Shown here piece after piece: positions 13,119 to 25,838 of a stretch of DNA of 64,000 bases (positions are counted from its first letter, which is position 1; every line of letters starts with the position of its first letter). Source of the DNA: Felis catus (Eukaryota); NCBI RefSeq assembly GCF_018350175.1, contig NC_058368.1, forward strand, positions 29,018,001 to 29,082,000, given 5' to 3'. The position numbers and the translations under genes are program-made. The notes below the pieces were generated by a model. That model had not been told where the DNA came from. It was given only the letters and a program-made list of their open reading frames with translations, and did not search any database.

Positions 13119-14561
13119 TCCCTTTTTACTGGGGGGACAAGCAGGTAAAGCACTTGGAGACAATGTAAGAGAGTATATGTGGTAAAATTCTACACTGAAC
13201 ATGCTAAATATTTAGTAGAGAAGGTGTGGTCAGATAACAAATACCATTGTGGATGAGCTAAAAGAAGAGATCTGGAAACACTTTCATTTCTCAAATATAC
13301 TAATGTTTATTCTTTTGAATTATAAACAGAAAGAACTTCTGATTTTTCTTTGCTTGAAATATTTGTATGAGGCAGAAAACACAAATGAAAGTATATTTTC
13401 CCCACCCCCAAAAATAAATTTCGTGCCTAGAATGCATACCTTTTTATTATTCCTGTCTCTTACCTGTCATACTCTGAAGTATAGAGTTCTGTATAGACTA
13501 TGAAATGCTTTAGTGTCCAAAGAGCTGGCATCTTTTCCTATTCCCTTCGCCTTGCTGCAGGATCACCAAGTGAGGTTAAGAACAGACTGAATATCATGTA
13601 ATTACAGTCACTTTATTACAACTGACTTTGCATTCTTCCCAGTTTTATGCGTTAGCCTCTTCTAGAACTTCCATGTCCTCGAATGCAAACCGTGCCTTTT
13701 CTACCCAGATTTCCTTCAGGACCAGCCCAGTATTTAGCAGACGGCAAGTTCAACAAATACTGGTTGAGCTGAAATAGCTATTTTGTCTTTCTAGTGAACA
13801 GATCCTGTTTGAATACTTAAGAAAGTACAATAATACCCTTGTGGTTTCCTAGGGAAATGGTCCAACATCCACTGGCAAAAGATACGTTGCAGAATTAGCT
13901 GGTCTACCAGGCATGCCAAATGTATGATACTACACAGGATGGTTGACTTTTATTAAATGTCATTCCAAAACCAAACTTTGTTGGCACAGTGAAAGAAGGC
14001 GTTCTTTTGGATAGAACTGTGTCTTGTCCTTTCATTGCTTTCAAAAAATGGCCCTTTGTTCCAGATGATAGATTGCCATTTAAAAAAATTATCATTAGCC
14101 TGTATAACCTTGGTGTCATCAAAGCTGCAATTGCGTAAGTCAGAGTGTACTTCATGCTGTATAATGTGAGGCAAAAAAGAACGAGAGAGCAGGGAAAGAA
14201 AGAAAGAACCACCCGGGGTTTGGCCAGGCAGCATTTTTCAGGGCCTGTTTTCTAAGGCAGGAAAAACACTTAGAAGTACAGCGTATGGATTTGCTGGACC
14301 TAGGTGAGCCAATCTCAAATGCGTCCCTAGAGTTCTGTTCTACCAAGGGAATACTAGAAAGTGACAGTAATAAAAGGAAGGAAATTTCTTCTTTTCAAAT
14401 TAACTGATTTTCTCACCAAAAAGACCTTTCTCTGGGTTCACTGCTTTCAGTGTGCCTCGCTCTGTTTTGTTGCTTTTCCAAGCCTTTCACTGCCCAGTGA
14501 CAGCCAGTTCAATTGCCGGCAGGGGCAAGGTATTAGAAAGTAAAAACTTCTTTTCCTAAGA

Positions 14562-14673
14562 AACCATCGGGACACTGTGGCTTGTGGGGGCAGGAGGTGG
14601 AAGGGGAGCCTCGATTTGCAATGGTAATTTTCTCTCCCCTTCCATCCTGGCAGGCTTCAGAGAACTTTACCAG
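14562..14673 (+). ncRNA. MIR5006: Locus resembling human mir-5006 hairpin (tailed-mirtron-like, ending at the last VWA8 acceptor); expression not demonstrated
   Basis: Perfect 11-bp stem TGGAAGGGGAG (14598-14608) / CTCCCCTTCCA (14634-14644) plus CAGGA/TCCTG. Sequence resembles the recalled hsa-mir-5006 precursor, which lies in VWA8. Confidence 0.5.
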
Positions 14674-14762
14674 CTGGCCGGTCTTTCGTTGCCATGGATA
14701 CCAAGGACATCCCTCAGATTTTACAACAGATCTTCACCTCCACCATGTTGTCCACTGTTTAA
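14654..14762 (+). CDS. VWA8: VWA8 terminal coding exon, (R)LQRTLPAGRSFVAMDTKDIPQILQQIFTSTMLSTV*
   Basis: Acceptor tccatcctggcAG at 14653. First base G completes the phase-2 codon AGG. TAA at 14760-14762. Matches the recalled VWA8 C-terminus. Confidence 0.95.
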
Positions 14763-15647
14763 GACGTGCCCTTCGTCACCCTGGTGACCCCGGGATTTGA
14801 AATAAGATAGGGATAAAGAGTACTCTGAAGAAAAGAAGACATCTATAAAGGGAACCTGTGCAGTGACTGGATAATTCTGGCATTCCTGGGTCCTCCTGCG
14901 CTTGCTCAGCAATCCGAATTCAGGACAGCAGCCAGAGGGAGGTTTGTGCATGGAAACCGACAACTGTTGATGGGTTCACAGGGAAGTGAGTTGACCTGCA
15001 TTTTATAAAAGGTCGGGGTTAAAGGAAAGTGGTTTGAGAACTGTGGTACTTGGTTTATATCTAGAAACCTGAAGGAAAGAGAATTCCTTGCTTTTGCCTT
15101 AACATCTGGTCACCTGAGGTAACAGAAGCGACCCCATCAAACTAAGCTTTAGTTGCCGTATTCCGACGTTGAGTTACAAGTCTGTGCAAACCCACCCAAC
15201 CTGCTCCTATCCAGTAATTATGTGTATTTTCTTCTCCACTCTTGGTTGCCCAGAAGACAATGATTTTATAGTATGTAACTCACTGGAAAGCTTTCTAACA
15301 GACATATTTTATAAACAGTTAGGTTTTTTTCAATAATTCCATTCTCTTGGCGAAAGCCAAAAGGAATCAAAAGATCCCTGCATTGCTATCTTTCCCACTT
15401 GACTTTTTAAAGACTCTTTAAATAATAAAGAGCAAACCTCCCATTTTCCATGCTGCCAGCGTGGAAGGATAAAGGATGTCTTGCCTTGAACTTCCTGTTT
15501 CCTCTTGTTCTTCCAGTACTTCTCACAAGTCTCACGTATTTTGGTGTCCAAAATGTAATGTTCAAAACAACAAACACTTATGTTTTTACTTAAAGCAAAG
15601 TAAAAACAAGGCGGTATGTTTGAATTGAATGGTAACTGGAGATCTCT

Positions 15648-15690
15648 TTAGCTATATATATATATATATATTAGCTATATATATATATAT
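15648..15690. repeat. Duplicated TTAGC(TA)n microsatellite in the 3' UTR
   Basis: ttagc(ta)9 followed by ttagc(ta)7t. Confidence 0.9.
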
Positions 15691-16054
15691 GCTTTTTTTT
15701 GTCAAGACTCCTTCTCTTTTCTTTCAAAGTGCACCTCATTCCCACCTACTCTTGGGCTGACCTTTATTTACCAACAGGCTCATTGTCCCTTTGTTTAAAA
15801 TCAAATGCCACAGCCAAAGTCAGGGTCTGTGCAAGCACCTAAGAAGCTAGAGATGCAAAGTCAAAATTGCAGGGGGCACCAGTGTGCGTGCTTTCTTGTC
15901 ATGAGTTGGAAAAACTAGTCTTGTTAATGAGGTTACCCTGTTTACCCATATGTAATGGAATTACACAGATCTGTTTCTTTTTAATCAATTGTAGAGAAGA
16001 AAAGGTATCACCCATTTGTTCCACCACCCTCGATTCCCTATCAGTTGTCAAAGA

Positions 16055-16060
16055 AATAAA
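16055..16060 (+). terminator. Likely main polyadenylation signal of VWA8 (AATAAA); a proximal alternative lies at 15424-15429
   Basis: Canonical hexamer ~1.3 kb after the stop, close to where unique sequence gives way to repeats. Confidence 0.55.
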
Positions 16061-16975
16061 AGTAATTAGATTTCCAGTGCAATCCTGCCCAATGAGTTTG
16101 CATAGCTTCTCTTATTTTTCCGGCCAGATACTTGCTCTGTGTACTGAATCATCCAGCCATGCACTTTCAATCCAACGAGTACCTTTAAAAATGTAATTGC
16201 ATTAATAACAGTAATAATAACAACAGCAGCAGCCGGTAGCACTTACTGATTATTACCACATACCAGGTATGTATGCTAAACGATTTCATGTATCATTCCA
16301 TTCAATCCTCACAAAGATGCATGTAAAATAGAAGCATTTTTTTTTTCTTTTTTTTATCTCCTGTTACAGATGAGGAAAGTAAGTCACTTCCCAATACCGG
16401 ACTACTGACTATTCATACTTTTAACATCCTCCTTGATAAATAAGGAAACTGAGGTGTAGGGAAGTTCAAGAAAACGGGCCTCAGTCACGGGCAGGCAGGG
16501 GCGGAGCTGGGCTGTGCTGGCCTCCCTCGTGATGTACTCGAGCTCTCGTTGCCTTGACTCCTTTCTCTTCTTGCAACCTGACCACAGTTCACAGAGCTGT
16601 CTTCCTCTCCCTGGGACTCAGAAGCTACCTGCACACATCCGGGCACTCAGAGGAGGATGTGGGGAGCAAGGACACAAGACACTGCTGGAGGCACATCTCT
16701 AACCAGCCCTTCCTGGGCTCAGCAGCAAACTGAGGAAGTGCCCGTTCAAGTGGCAGCTTAACCCCTAGGAGTGCCCCTCTGAGGACAGTCACAGCCCCCA
16801 AAGGCTTTGGACCAGAATCCGAGAATCATTAACACAATGGCCATGTAACAAATCCTGCCTGTGCCCTGACTACCTGAGTGAGCAGAGGCCAGTTTTCCTT
16901 CACATGGGAAGAATGTTCTCCTGTAATTTAATTCACCTCTCCTCACTGGCCAGACATCCTTGCAATTGTTATTTA

Positions 16976-17015
16976 AAACAAACAAACAAACAAACAAACA
17001 AACAAACAAACAAAC
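16976..17015 (+). repeat. (AAAC)10 microsatellite
   Basis: Seen directly. Confidence 0.95.
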
Positions 17016-17836
17016 GTGTAACCCCTGACTTTGCTTTTTTTGTAAAAGGGAGAGATGATGGGGTGGGGGGAGGGGGGGTGGCCAAGAGAGGAGATGAGAA
17101 GGGTTTATTTTCACTTCTTAGAATACCTAAGAAGTTTGTGCCTTTATTATGAAATGTACTTAATTGTAGGCCACTCCATGCTGTTCCCAGGCCCTTCTTG
17201 GGGCCAAGACATTATAATAAATGCATTGTTTGCCCCAGGGAGGGAGCTCCACTGAAAGGCATCTAAACCAGCTTGTCTCCGTAGTGAGCCCTGTAATGCT
17301 GAGAAGGTTCATTGTTACCCCTGAGCAGCCAGGAGGAATGAACGCCATGAATGGCCGCAGTATATGGTGTATTCCCCCTGGAATCTTTTGTGTGCCCCAG
17401 CGAGATGACCTCATCACACACGGGGCACCTCGAACACAGCCGCAAGAAGTGGATCAGAGCAGACTACTTGAGCCTGTCACATGTGTGGAATGAATCATCT
17501 AATTCTTTACACTACGCCCTTTCCTGTGAACTGTCAGAGGAGGAGAAATCCATCAATGCCAGCGGGATTTTCTCTAAACAAAGTCGAGGGCCTTGAAAAC
17601 CATTTAGAAGTAGTTTTCCGTGGACACCACTGTCAGTGTTCTTAAAAGGGCAGCTCCAGAGCCTTCGACCCTTTCTCTGCCCGGCTCCTTCCTGTGCCTG
17701 TCAGATCAGCCAGAATTAAATTCCTCCTCAAACAAAACAGAGAAGTGTAGGACTAGAGGAGCAAGAGGGTGGCGGCCTGTTGGTTGTGTCTCCATTGTGG
17801 CCCAACAATGGCAGTTATGAGAGGGATTCCACAGTT

Positions 17837-18062
17837 CTTTTTCTTTTTTTTTTTTTAATGTTTATTTTTGAGAGAGAGAGAGAGAGAGAGAGAGATCATA
17901 AGGGGGGCGGGGCAGAGATAGAGGGAGACAGAGAATCCCAAGCAGGCTTCTTGCTATCAGCACAGAGCCTGACAAGGGGCTCGAACTCACAAACTGTGAG
18001 ATCATGACCTGAGCTGAAACCAAGAGTCAGATGCTTAACCGACTGAGCCACCCAGGCACCTC
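17837..18062 (-). mobile_element. Can-SINE
   Basis: T-tail, (GA)n and ctgagccacccaggcacc end; TSD-like gattccaca on both flanks. Confidence 0.92.
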
Positions 18063-21000
18063 AGATTCCACAAGTTGTCAGCCAACATCTCCTGCCTGGA
18101 AAACTTTTTTCTGGAACTGCATCAAAGAACAGCCAGATGTCCACTTGTATTTAGTAAATTGTATATAACTTTTTCATCTTAAGCAATAAAATGTCCACTT
18201 TTAAAAAGTTATTCCAACCAGTAACATATCTGGCTTGTTCAATGAAGCATCTAATTTGCTCCCACTTTCTGGTTAGGGTCGTATCATAAAGTTCTTACCA
18301 TTGCCTTTCCTTTACCTTTCTTTCTAAGACTGGCTGTGGCAAGAGTCCCGCAGGTAATAGAAAGGAATTCCAGTGTTCCATCTTGTGGTGGGAGAATTTA
18401 CAAACTCTAAGTAAGTAGAATTAGTAGAAAGGAAGTTCTAGATGCTGCTTAGCTACCTGTATGAACTTGGGCTTGTCACTTCTGGGTCTGAATTGCTTCA
18501 CCTATTTAAAATTAACTTCAAATTTAAATTTTAAATGTTGAACAAAATTATCTCTAACACTATAGTCCCTCTTTCTATATCTCATACAGCAGTTGACTCT
18601 GTCCCTCACGTGTCTTACGAGAACAGCATCATTTTCGTGTATTTTTGTCGCCTGAGCCCCACAAACAGCTCCAATTATACAGAGGACTTTAGCACCCAAA
18701 AATATAGTGTTACAACTGAATATGCATTCTAAAAGCTACAAAGACATCATTAGAATTGGACAAGCAAGCTTTCCCCCATCATCTGGACGGATATTTCTGT
18801 TGGATAGTAATTCACAAGATTTCTACCCTTTGTCTCTACCTTAAATAAAAAGGTACCTTAAAATAAAACTCCATATCTGCTGATCTGCCCAGTGGATCAA
18901 AAAGGATCAGGAATTGGAAAACTACTGGGTGCTGAGAGCTGACCTTTGTGCCCCGAGCTGAACAATGCGCAATTGTGTGTGTGAGTTTTTTTAATTGTTA
19001 AATCCTGTAAACAAAAATCTCCTCCAGAGGGGAAAAAATGCTTGCCGAGCAAACCTCTCAAGCTGAAAATGATTTGACACTCCTTTTTGACACTGAGCAC
19101 CGTCTGGGGCTTTCACCTTCGAACACTGCGTCTGTTCCTGCAGCCAGGCACGTCAGCTCTGGAATGCCAGGGTTACGTAATTTTTAAATTGACTAGTGCT
19201 TGTGGTATTTGGCCATGGGGAGCAAAGTAGAACACTCTTTTAAAGGGGTTTGGATCCGGATCGTGGTGGGCACGTCATGTTCGTCTCTAAGAAATCTCAT
19301 CAAGGGACACGTCCTCTCTAAGGAACCTCAGCCACCACCCGAGGTCCTCCTCCTGGCAGGCGCCAGAGTCACCTTGAGGCTCCCCTCTTCTTACAGGCTT
19401 TGTGAAAGTGCTTTGGAGCAGCCAGCTTTTACCCTGAAAAAAAAAAACCAGTATTTGTCAATAAACTCGGACCCCAGAGATGGTGGGTGTGATCCCAGAG
19501 GAGTTTCAGAATATCAGGATTTATTAAAGTTCCCCGCAGCCCTGAAGCATTAGTAATGGCAGCGAGAGTTTGACCTGTGAAAAATGTCTGTCTGAACATC
19601 CCAAAGGGTCTGTCCCTTTATGCACGCCACAGTGGGGCAAGAAAAGAATGAGCCTGTCAAGAGTACTTTGTGTAATTGGTCCCATGATACCATACATGAA
19701 GCCTTCAAATTTAAATGAAAAATAAGTATATTTACTCAGGACATTAAAGGCAGCCTTTTACGTGCAATGTGTTTATATTAACAAATACTGATGCAATGTA
19801 ATGAGACTATTTACTTCTTCATTCCAACACTAATTGAGAAGTCTTCTATCATCAGGCCTCCAGGAATAGAGTGAGTCTTAGCAAAGCTAGTTGGCCCATT
19901 TCCTTTTACAAAATATTTTCTGGCCCATATCACCCCTGAAAACACTGGCCCAGAAAGGAGCACACGCGGGCACAGTGGAAATCAAATGGCAACAGTGGGG
20001 AAGCAGCCTGCTGACCAGCCTTCGCCTTGGCTCCTGGGGGCGGCTCCCACAGAACCCAGGGCTGGTGAGGACACTGAGGGTTTCCACGGCAACCAGGATG
20101 CTCAGAAGGCAGGGTATTCTCTGCATAAAATAGAGGGCAGATGACAAGGGATACCTGGGAGGGTCAGGGCTTCCTTAGCTAACTGACACACGGTCTGGAA
20201 AATATACCTGTTTATTTTGCAGTTGACAAAGGGATTTTTATCTGAAAAGTGTCCTCTGGGGCTTCTATGTTTTTGAACAACTATTTTCAAAGCAGATAGA
20301 ATGTGCATGTCCATACCTTGCAGCCTCAAGTACAAAGATCTGCTATTCGATACGTAGTGCCCGGACGAAAGAATCTCTTTCAGTGGAGACGGGAATGGGC
20401 GCGCTGTCTGCAGAGGTGGGAGTTTGTGGCGGTTCCACAAGACCGCCTGAGAGCAGGCAGTCAGTCACTTGGCTGGAATACAGCCCCATGCAGCTGGCCT
20501 GGCTCCTCGCCCCCTGACATCTGAAGTCTGTCTTTAGAGTGGCGTTTCCCAGAGAGAGGGGCTTCTCTTTTAAAGTACAAATAGCCCTGCGAGGCTATCC
20601 ATCATGCTCATCTTGGTTTGAATTCCTTCATTCACATGCTTTCGTCCAGGCCCCAGCTGAGATGAAGGTTCCAGACAGGGCCTGTGACTGGTGAGGAAGT
20701 GGGAGGGGGTGGGGGCGCTTGCAGCTTGGAGCATCACCCAAGCAGGCGTCTGGGCCCGGGACATGGCGTGCAGGCATGTGACATGCACACATTGGGGGTG
20801 ACATTCTCGCTTGGGGCTGCATATGTGGTCTCTCCGCCCCCTTGAGAGAGCGCTCAGTGAGGGCTTTGTCAGGTGTGGATGGACGCTGGCTTGGTCCTCT
20901 GAAGCCCCGCTTCTTTAGAGACACCCAGACTTCCACTTGCATTTCGCCTTCCGTCTTGTGGAAGCTCCACCCTCCTGGCATCTGGGTTACGGGAGTCAGG

Positions 21001-21478
21001 AGCCATGCACATGTCAGGGAGGCAATTCCCCAGCAAGGCCTTTCACCACTGGGCACTTGCCTCACAGTACCCGGGCCTTGTTTCTGGTGAAGTAAACAAA
21101 TCAGATTTTTTTTTTTCCAATTTGCCAAGAGGACTTTTACCCTGTGCTGTAGGCTTTTCAAAAAAGAATTAAACCCCTGAGAGGCCACAACCGTTATTGG
21201 AAGCCACCTCCCTCCCCTGCAGGAGCAGGCCTGGTCCACACCCCACAAGGCTGCTCCACAAGCCCTGGGGACGGTCCTGAGGAGGGAGCTGAGAAATTCC
21301 TGAGTGCCTTCCTGGTAAGGACTGGAATGACATCAGCATGAGCCTCTCAAACCCAGAATGTTCCTCCCGTACAAGGAGAGCATTGAGCATACTTACACTG
21401 GGAAGTTTTCTGAAGCGTCTGTAATTCAGACTTTTGGAAGAAGCTATTGTCTAAGTTTCTAAAAACATTTGTATATTA

Positions 21479-21693
21479 GGATGCCTGGGTGGCTCAGTGG
21501 ATTAAGCCCCTGACTGTTGGTTTGGGCTCAAGTCAGATCTCATGGTTCGTGAGCCCCACGTCGGACTCTGAGCTGACAGTGCGGAGCCTGCTTGGGATTC
21601 TCCCTTTCTCTCTGCCCCTCTCCCACTCATGCTCTGAATCTCTCTCTGTCTCTCTCTCTGTCTCTCTCAAAAAAAAAAAAAAATAAACTTTAA
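21479..21693 (+). mobile_element. Can-SINE
   Basis: ggatgcctgggtggctcag head, CT-rich segment, A-tail. Confidence 0.9.
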
Positions 21694-21822
21694 AAACACT
21701 TATGTATTATTAGCGCTAAAAACTCAGATACCTTTGAAAAATGAGCATGGCTTCTTAAAGATAAAAGCTCCTTTGTTTTTCCTTGAGACGGCTCACTTTT
21801 TTCCTCTTCCAAAGAGAACCAG

Positions 21823-21952
21823 TTTTTTAAATAAAGGTATAATTGACATATAACATTATATTAGTTTCAGGTGTACAACGTAATGATTCAATAGATGTAT
21901 AGATTGTGAAATGGTCACCACAGTAAGTCTGGTTACCATCCATCACCACACA
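21823..21952 (-). mobile_element. L1 (L1MA9/L1_Carn-like) extreme 3' fragment
   Basis: aggtataattgacatataacattatattagtttcaggtgtacaac motif. Confidence 0.8.
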
Positions 21953-22908
21953 TTTAAAGAGAAACAGCTTTGCATTTCCTGAGCCCGCCAGTGACCGCGC
22001 CCCCCCCCACTTCATTACTGCCATTCCCAAAGGGCTTCTAGAAACCATGACATCAGCGTCTCTCTTAAAACCGCTTCAGCTCCTCCTCATGACAGTCTCA
22101 TTTGTCCTGTCATTTGGGCATCATTCAATGAGACTATCCCAACAAGGTCTGACTGAAAGGCCACATGGCTGGCACCCTGAAAATATGACATAAGTCAGAT
22201 GAACAACAGGATGAGCACAGAAGGCAGAGACCATGAGAAGACTCACCCCAGTTTCTGTAGTCAGATCCATGCCTGCCAGGCCAAGAAACTCCAAACTCCC
22301 CCTCTGCATGGGGCAGGCAGAGTCCCCATGACTTCAGAAGCATTTCCTGGCCTCTCTGAGCACTGTTTTCTCACCTCTGAGATGAGGATAATAATCATAT
22401 ATCTCGGGGTGTATGTGAAGATCGAGATAAAACAATGAGGGCACTTCATAAACAGAAAGTGCTATCCAGTTCAAGTGGCATTTTCCCAAGAGGGACATGG
22501 CCCCTCGGCAGGTGAGGGACTCTGACCAACTTTGGGGGCCAGGACACCCTTTGGTCTGGTCAAACACCTCAGAATGGATGGAGAGCCCAGAGCATCCTCT
22601 CCATCAGGGTGAACGAAGTGGGGACCAAATACAGGAAAATAAAAGCAGAGTGGTCTGGGGTCTGGGGGCAAGTGACGGGAGGCCATTCAGCTCCAGGGCT
22701 TTCTGTCCCTCCAGGACAGCACAGAGCCCATGCTCTCTATTTGCAGATGTGGTTGCAATCAAGTTTGTCTCCTGGCTCTGCCATCGCCTGTCTCCGGGGG
22801 AGACAAAATGGCCCTTCTTAGGAGTGGCCCCAAGCCATTCACACTGCAGCCACAGGCGTCTGTTCAGGAGGCTGTTAGCGCTAGAACTGTATTAAAAATA
22901 AAGACTAT

Positions 22909-23033
22909 GGGCCGCCAGGGTGGCTCAGTCAATTGAGTGTCCTATACTTGGCTTTGGCTCAGGTCATGATCCCAAGGTTGTGGGATTGAGCCCTGCATTG
23001 AGCTCTGTGCTAAGCGTGGAGCTTGCCTAAGAT

Positions 23034-23084
<51 letters not shown>

Positions 23085-23140
23085 CTCTCTCTCTCTCTCA
23101 CCCCCCATGCTCATGTTCTCTCTCTCTCTCCGTAAGAGTA
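22909..23140 (+). mobile_element. Can-SINE with long (CT)n
   Basis: Head gggccgccagggtggctcag; TSD aaataaagac(t/c)at. Confidence 0.9.
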
Positions 23141-23257
23141 AATAAAGACCATAGTAAGTCCATCTGGATGTCTCCCTGGCCTGTACCTCTTCCTCAATCC
23201 ACGGAAGAACCCCCAACTCAGCTAAGTATTCAGATAGCCCTTGAAAGAATTGCTCCC

Positions 23258-23488
23258 GGGGCGCCTGGGTGGCTCAGTCAGTTGAGCGCCCGACTTTGGC
23301 TCAGGTCATGATCTCACGGTTCATGAGTTCGGGCCCTGCATCAGGCTCTGTGCTGACAGCTCAGAGCCTGGAGCCTGCTTCAGATTCTGTGTCCCCCCCC
23401 TCTCTCTGCCTCTCCCGCGCTCATGCTCTGTCTCTCTCTCTCCGTCAAAAATAAATAAACATTTAAAAAAATGTAAAAAAAAAAAAAA
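23258..23488 (+). mobile_element. Can-SINE (SINEC_Fc-type)
   Basis: Canonical head; TSD aaagaat(t/g)gctccc. Confidence 0.93.
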
Positions 23489-24584
23489 AAGAATGGCTCC
23501 CTTTCAGTCGGACCCTTCTGGAAGCAGTGACTGAGGAGTCTTAGAAGGCTATGCCTAAGGTGCCATGTTCTGTCACATGGAGGGAGAATAATAAAAATTA
23601 TTATTATTATTACACAAAATAATAATAGATAACTATTATTTAGCATTTTCCATGTGCCAGGCACCTCCTAAGCATTTTGCATAAACAAACTCATTAAACC
23701 CTCACAACAACTTCATGAGATAGGTACTATTCCCCCTCTCATTTTATTTAAAAAGCAAAGACCACCAGTCTACCCTAAAAGGGAAAAGAAAAGGCCAACT
23801 TGCTTCCTGAGGGCGAGAGAAGCGCATATGGCACCCTAAAAGTCAGTAGGAATAGCTATGAGTGCTTAGTATGCTGTCCCATAATTGTTTCCACATCTAC
23901 ATTCCTTATTGTGGGAAGGGCAAGGATCCAGTCTTATCTGTCTTTAGCCTGGCCCTGAAAAACTGCTCCATAAACTGCTATTGCATGAGTAGTTGTAGGA
24001 TGCAGAGGCTCTGGGGTCCCAGAGGCAGGACTCCTACTGGCTCTTGAGGATGAGCGAGATTCTGTGAGCCGAGAGGTGCGGGAGTTTTGGGGGAAGGCAG
24101 GGGTAAGAGTGATCTGAGCAAAAGCCTGAATTTGGAATGTTCCAAGGGGTAGCTGAGATGGGAGTTCTGACAGGACTCTTCTCCCATCCTTGGCTGCTAC
24201 TGACCAGCCAGGAGTTTCTAAGTGAGGCCCAGCCCTGAAAAACAGCCTGTTTTCAGAGCCTCCAGGGTGGCCTTCTGGGCTGTCCAGTTGCTAACTCCAG
24301 CCCTGACTGGCCAGGGTGAGGTGGGAGGCCAGGCCCTCCTGGAGCCCAGAGTAATGACAGCTCAACAGAGCAACCTCATTACATGGAGGACTTCATGATG
24401 TGTCTGTTTTGTTTTGCTTTGCATTTTTTTTTCTCTTTGAAAATGAGTGGAGAACCTTCTTTTACCCAAGATTACAAGTTGGGTTAGTGATGAAAGGTCT
24501 GTGCCATGCAGAAGGAGCCCTCGGGGAGGAAATTTTACATTTGCAAACCCTTTTATTGAAAATGGCTTGCTCTGTGAACTCTGT

Positions 24585-24593
24585 GGAAAGAAA

Positions 24594-24649
<56 letters not shown>

Positions 24650-24766
24650 GGAAGGAAGAAAGGAAGGAAGAAGGAAGAAAGGAAGGAAGGAAGGAAGGAA
24701 GGAAGGAAGGAAGGAAGGAAGGGGAAGGAAAGAAAGGAAAGAAGAAGGAAGAAAAGAAAGAAGAGA

Positions 24767-24815
<49 letters not shown>

Positions 24816-24874
24816 AAAAGAGGAAGTAAAGAAAGGAAGGAAGAGGAAGGAAGGAAAGAAAGAAAGAGAAGAGA

Positions 24875-24923
<49 letters not shown>

Positions 24924-25076
24924 AAAAGAAAAGAAAGAGGAAGGAAGAAAGGAAGGAAGAAGGAAGGAAGAAAGAAAGGAAGGAAGAGGAAGGAAAGGAA
25001 GGAAGGAAGGAAGGAAGGAAGGAAGGAAGGAAGGAAGAGGAAGGAAAGGAAAGAAGAAGAAGGAAGAAAAGAAAGA

Positions 25077-25129
<53 letters not shown>

Positions 25130-25282
25130 AGAAAGAGGAAGGAAGAAAGGAAGGAAGAAGGAAGAAAGGAAGGAAGGAAGAGGAAGGAAAGGAAGGAAGA
25201 GGAAGGAAGGAAGGAAGGAAGGAAGGAAGGAAGGAAGGGGAAGGAAAGAAAGGAAAGAAGAAGGAAGAAAAGAAAGAAGAGA

Positions 25283-25351
<69 letters not shown>

Positions 25352-25415
25352 GGAAGGAAGAAAGGAAGGAAGAGGAAGGAAGGAAAGAAAGAAAGAGAAG
25401 AGAGAAGAAAGAAAG

Positions 25416-25462
<47 letters not shown>

Positions 25463-25695
25463 AAAGAAAGAGGAAGGAAGAAAGGAAGGAAGAAGGAAGG
25501 AAGGAAGGAAGGAAGGAAGGAAGGAAGGAAGGAAGGGGAAGGAAGAAAGGAAGGAAGGAAGAGGAAGGAAAGAAAGGAAAGAAGAAGAAGGAAGAGAAAG
25601 AGAAGAAAGAAAAAGAAAGAAAGAAAGAAAAAGAAAGAAAGAAAGAGGAAGTAAAGAAAGGAAGGAAGAGGAAGGAAGGAAAGAAAGAGAAGAGA

Positions 25696-25732
<37 letters not shown>

Positions 25733-25770
25733 GAAAGAAAGAAAGAAAACGAAGGAAGGAAAGAAAGAAA

Positions 25771-25838
<68 letters not shown>

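Larger units (their letters stand above)
14763..16085 (+). other. VWA8: VWA8 3' UTR (3' end approximate)
   Basis: Interspersed-repeat-free stretch after the stop codon, with AATAAA at 15424-15429 and 16055-16060. MIR-like repeats resume at ~16200. Confidence 0.65.

Noticed and set aside
20628..21248. 206-aa ORF, and similar 100-214-aa ORFs at 37296, 40590, 45401 and 60708
   Set aside because: No recognisable domains or consistent exon structure. They are expected by chance in GC-richer DNA or start inside SINEs.
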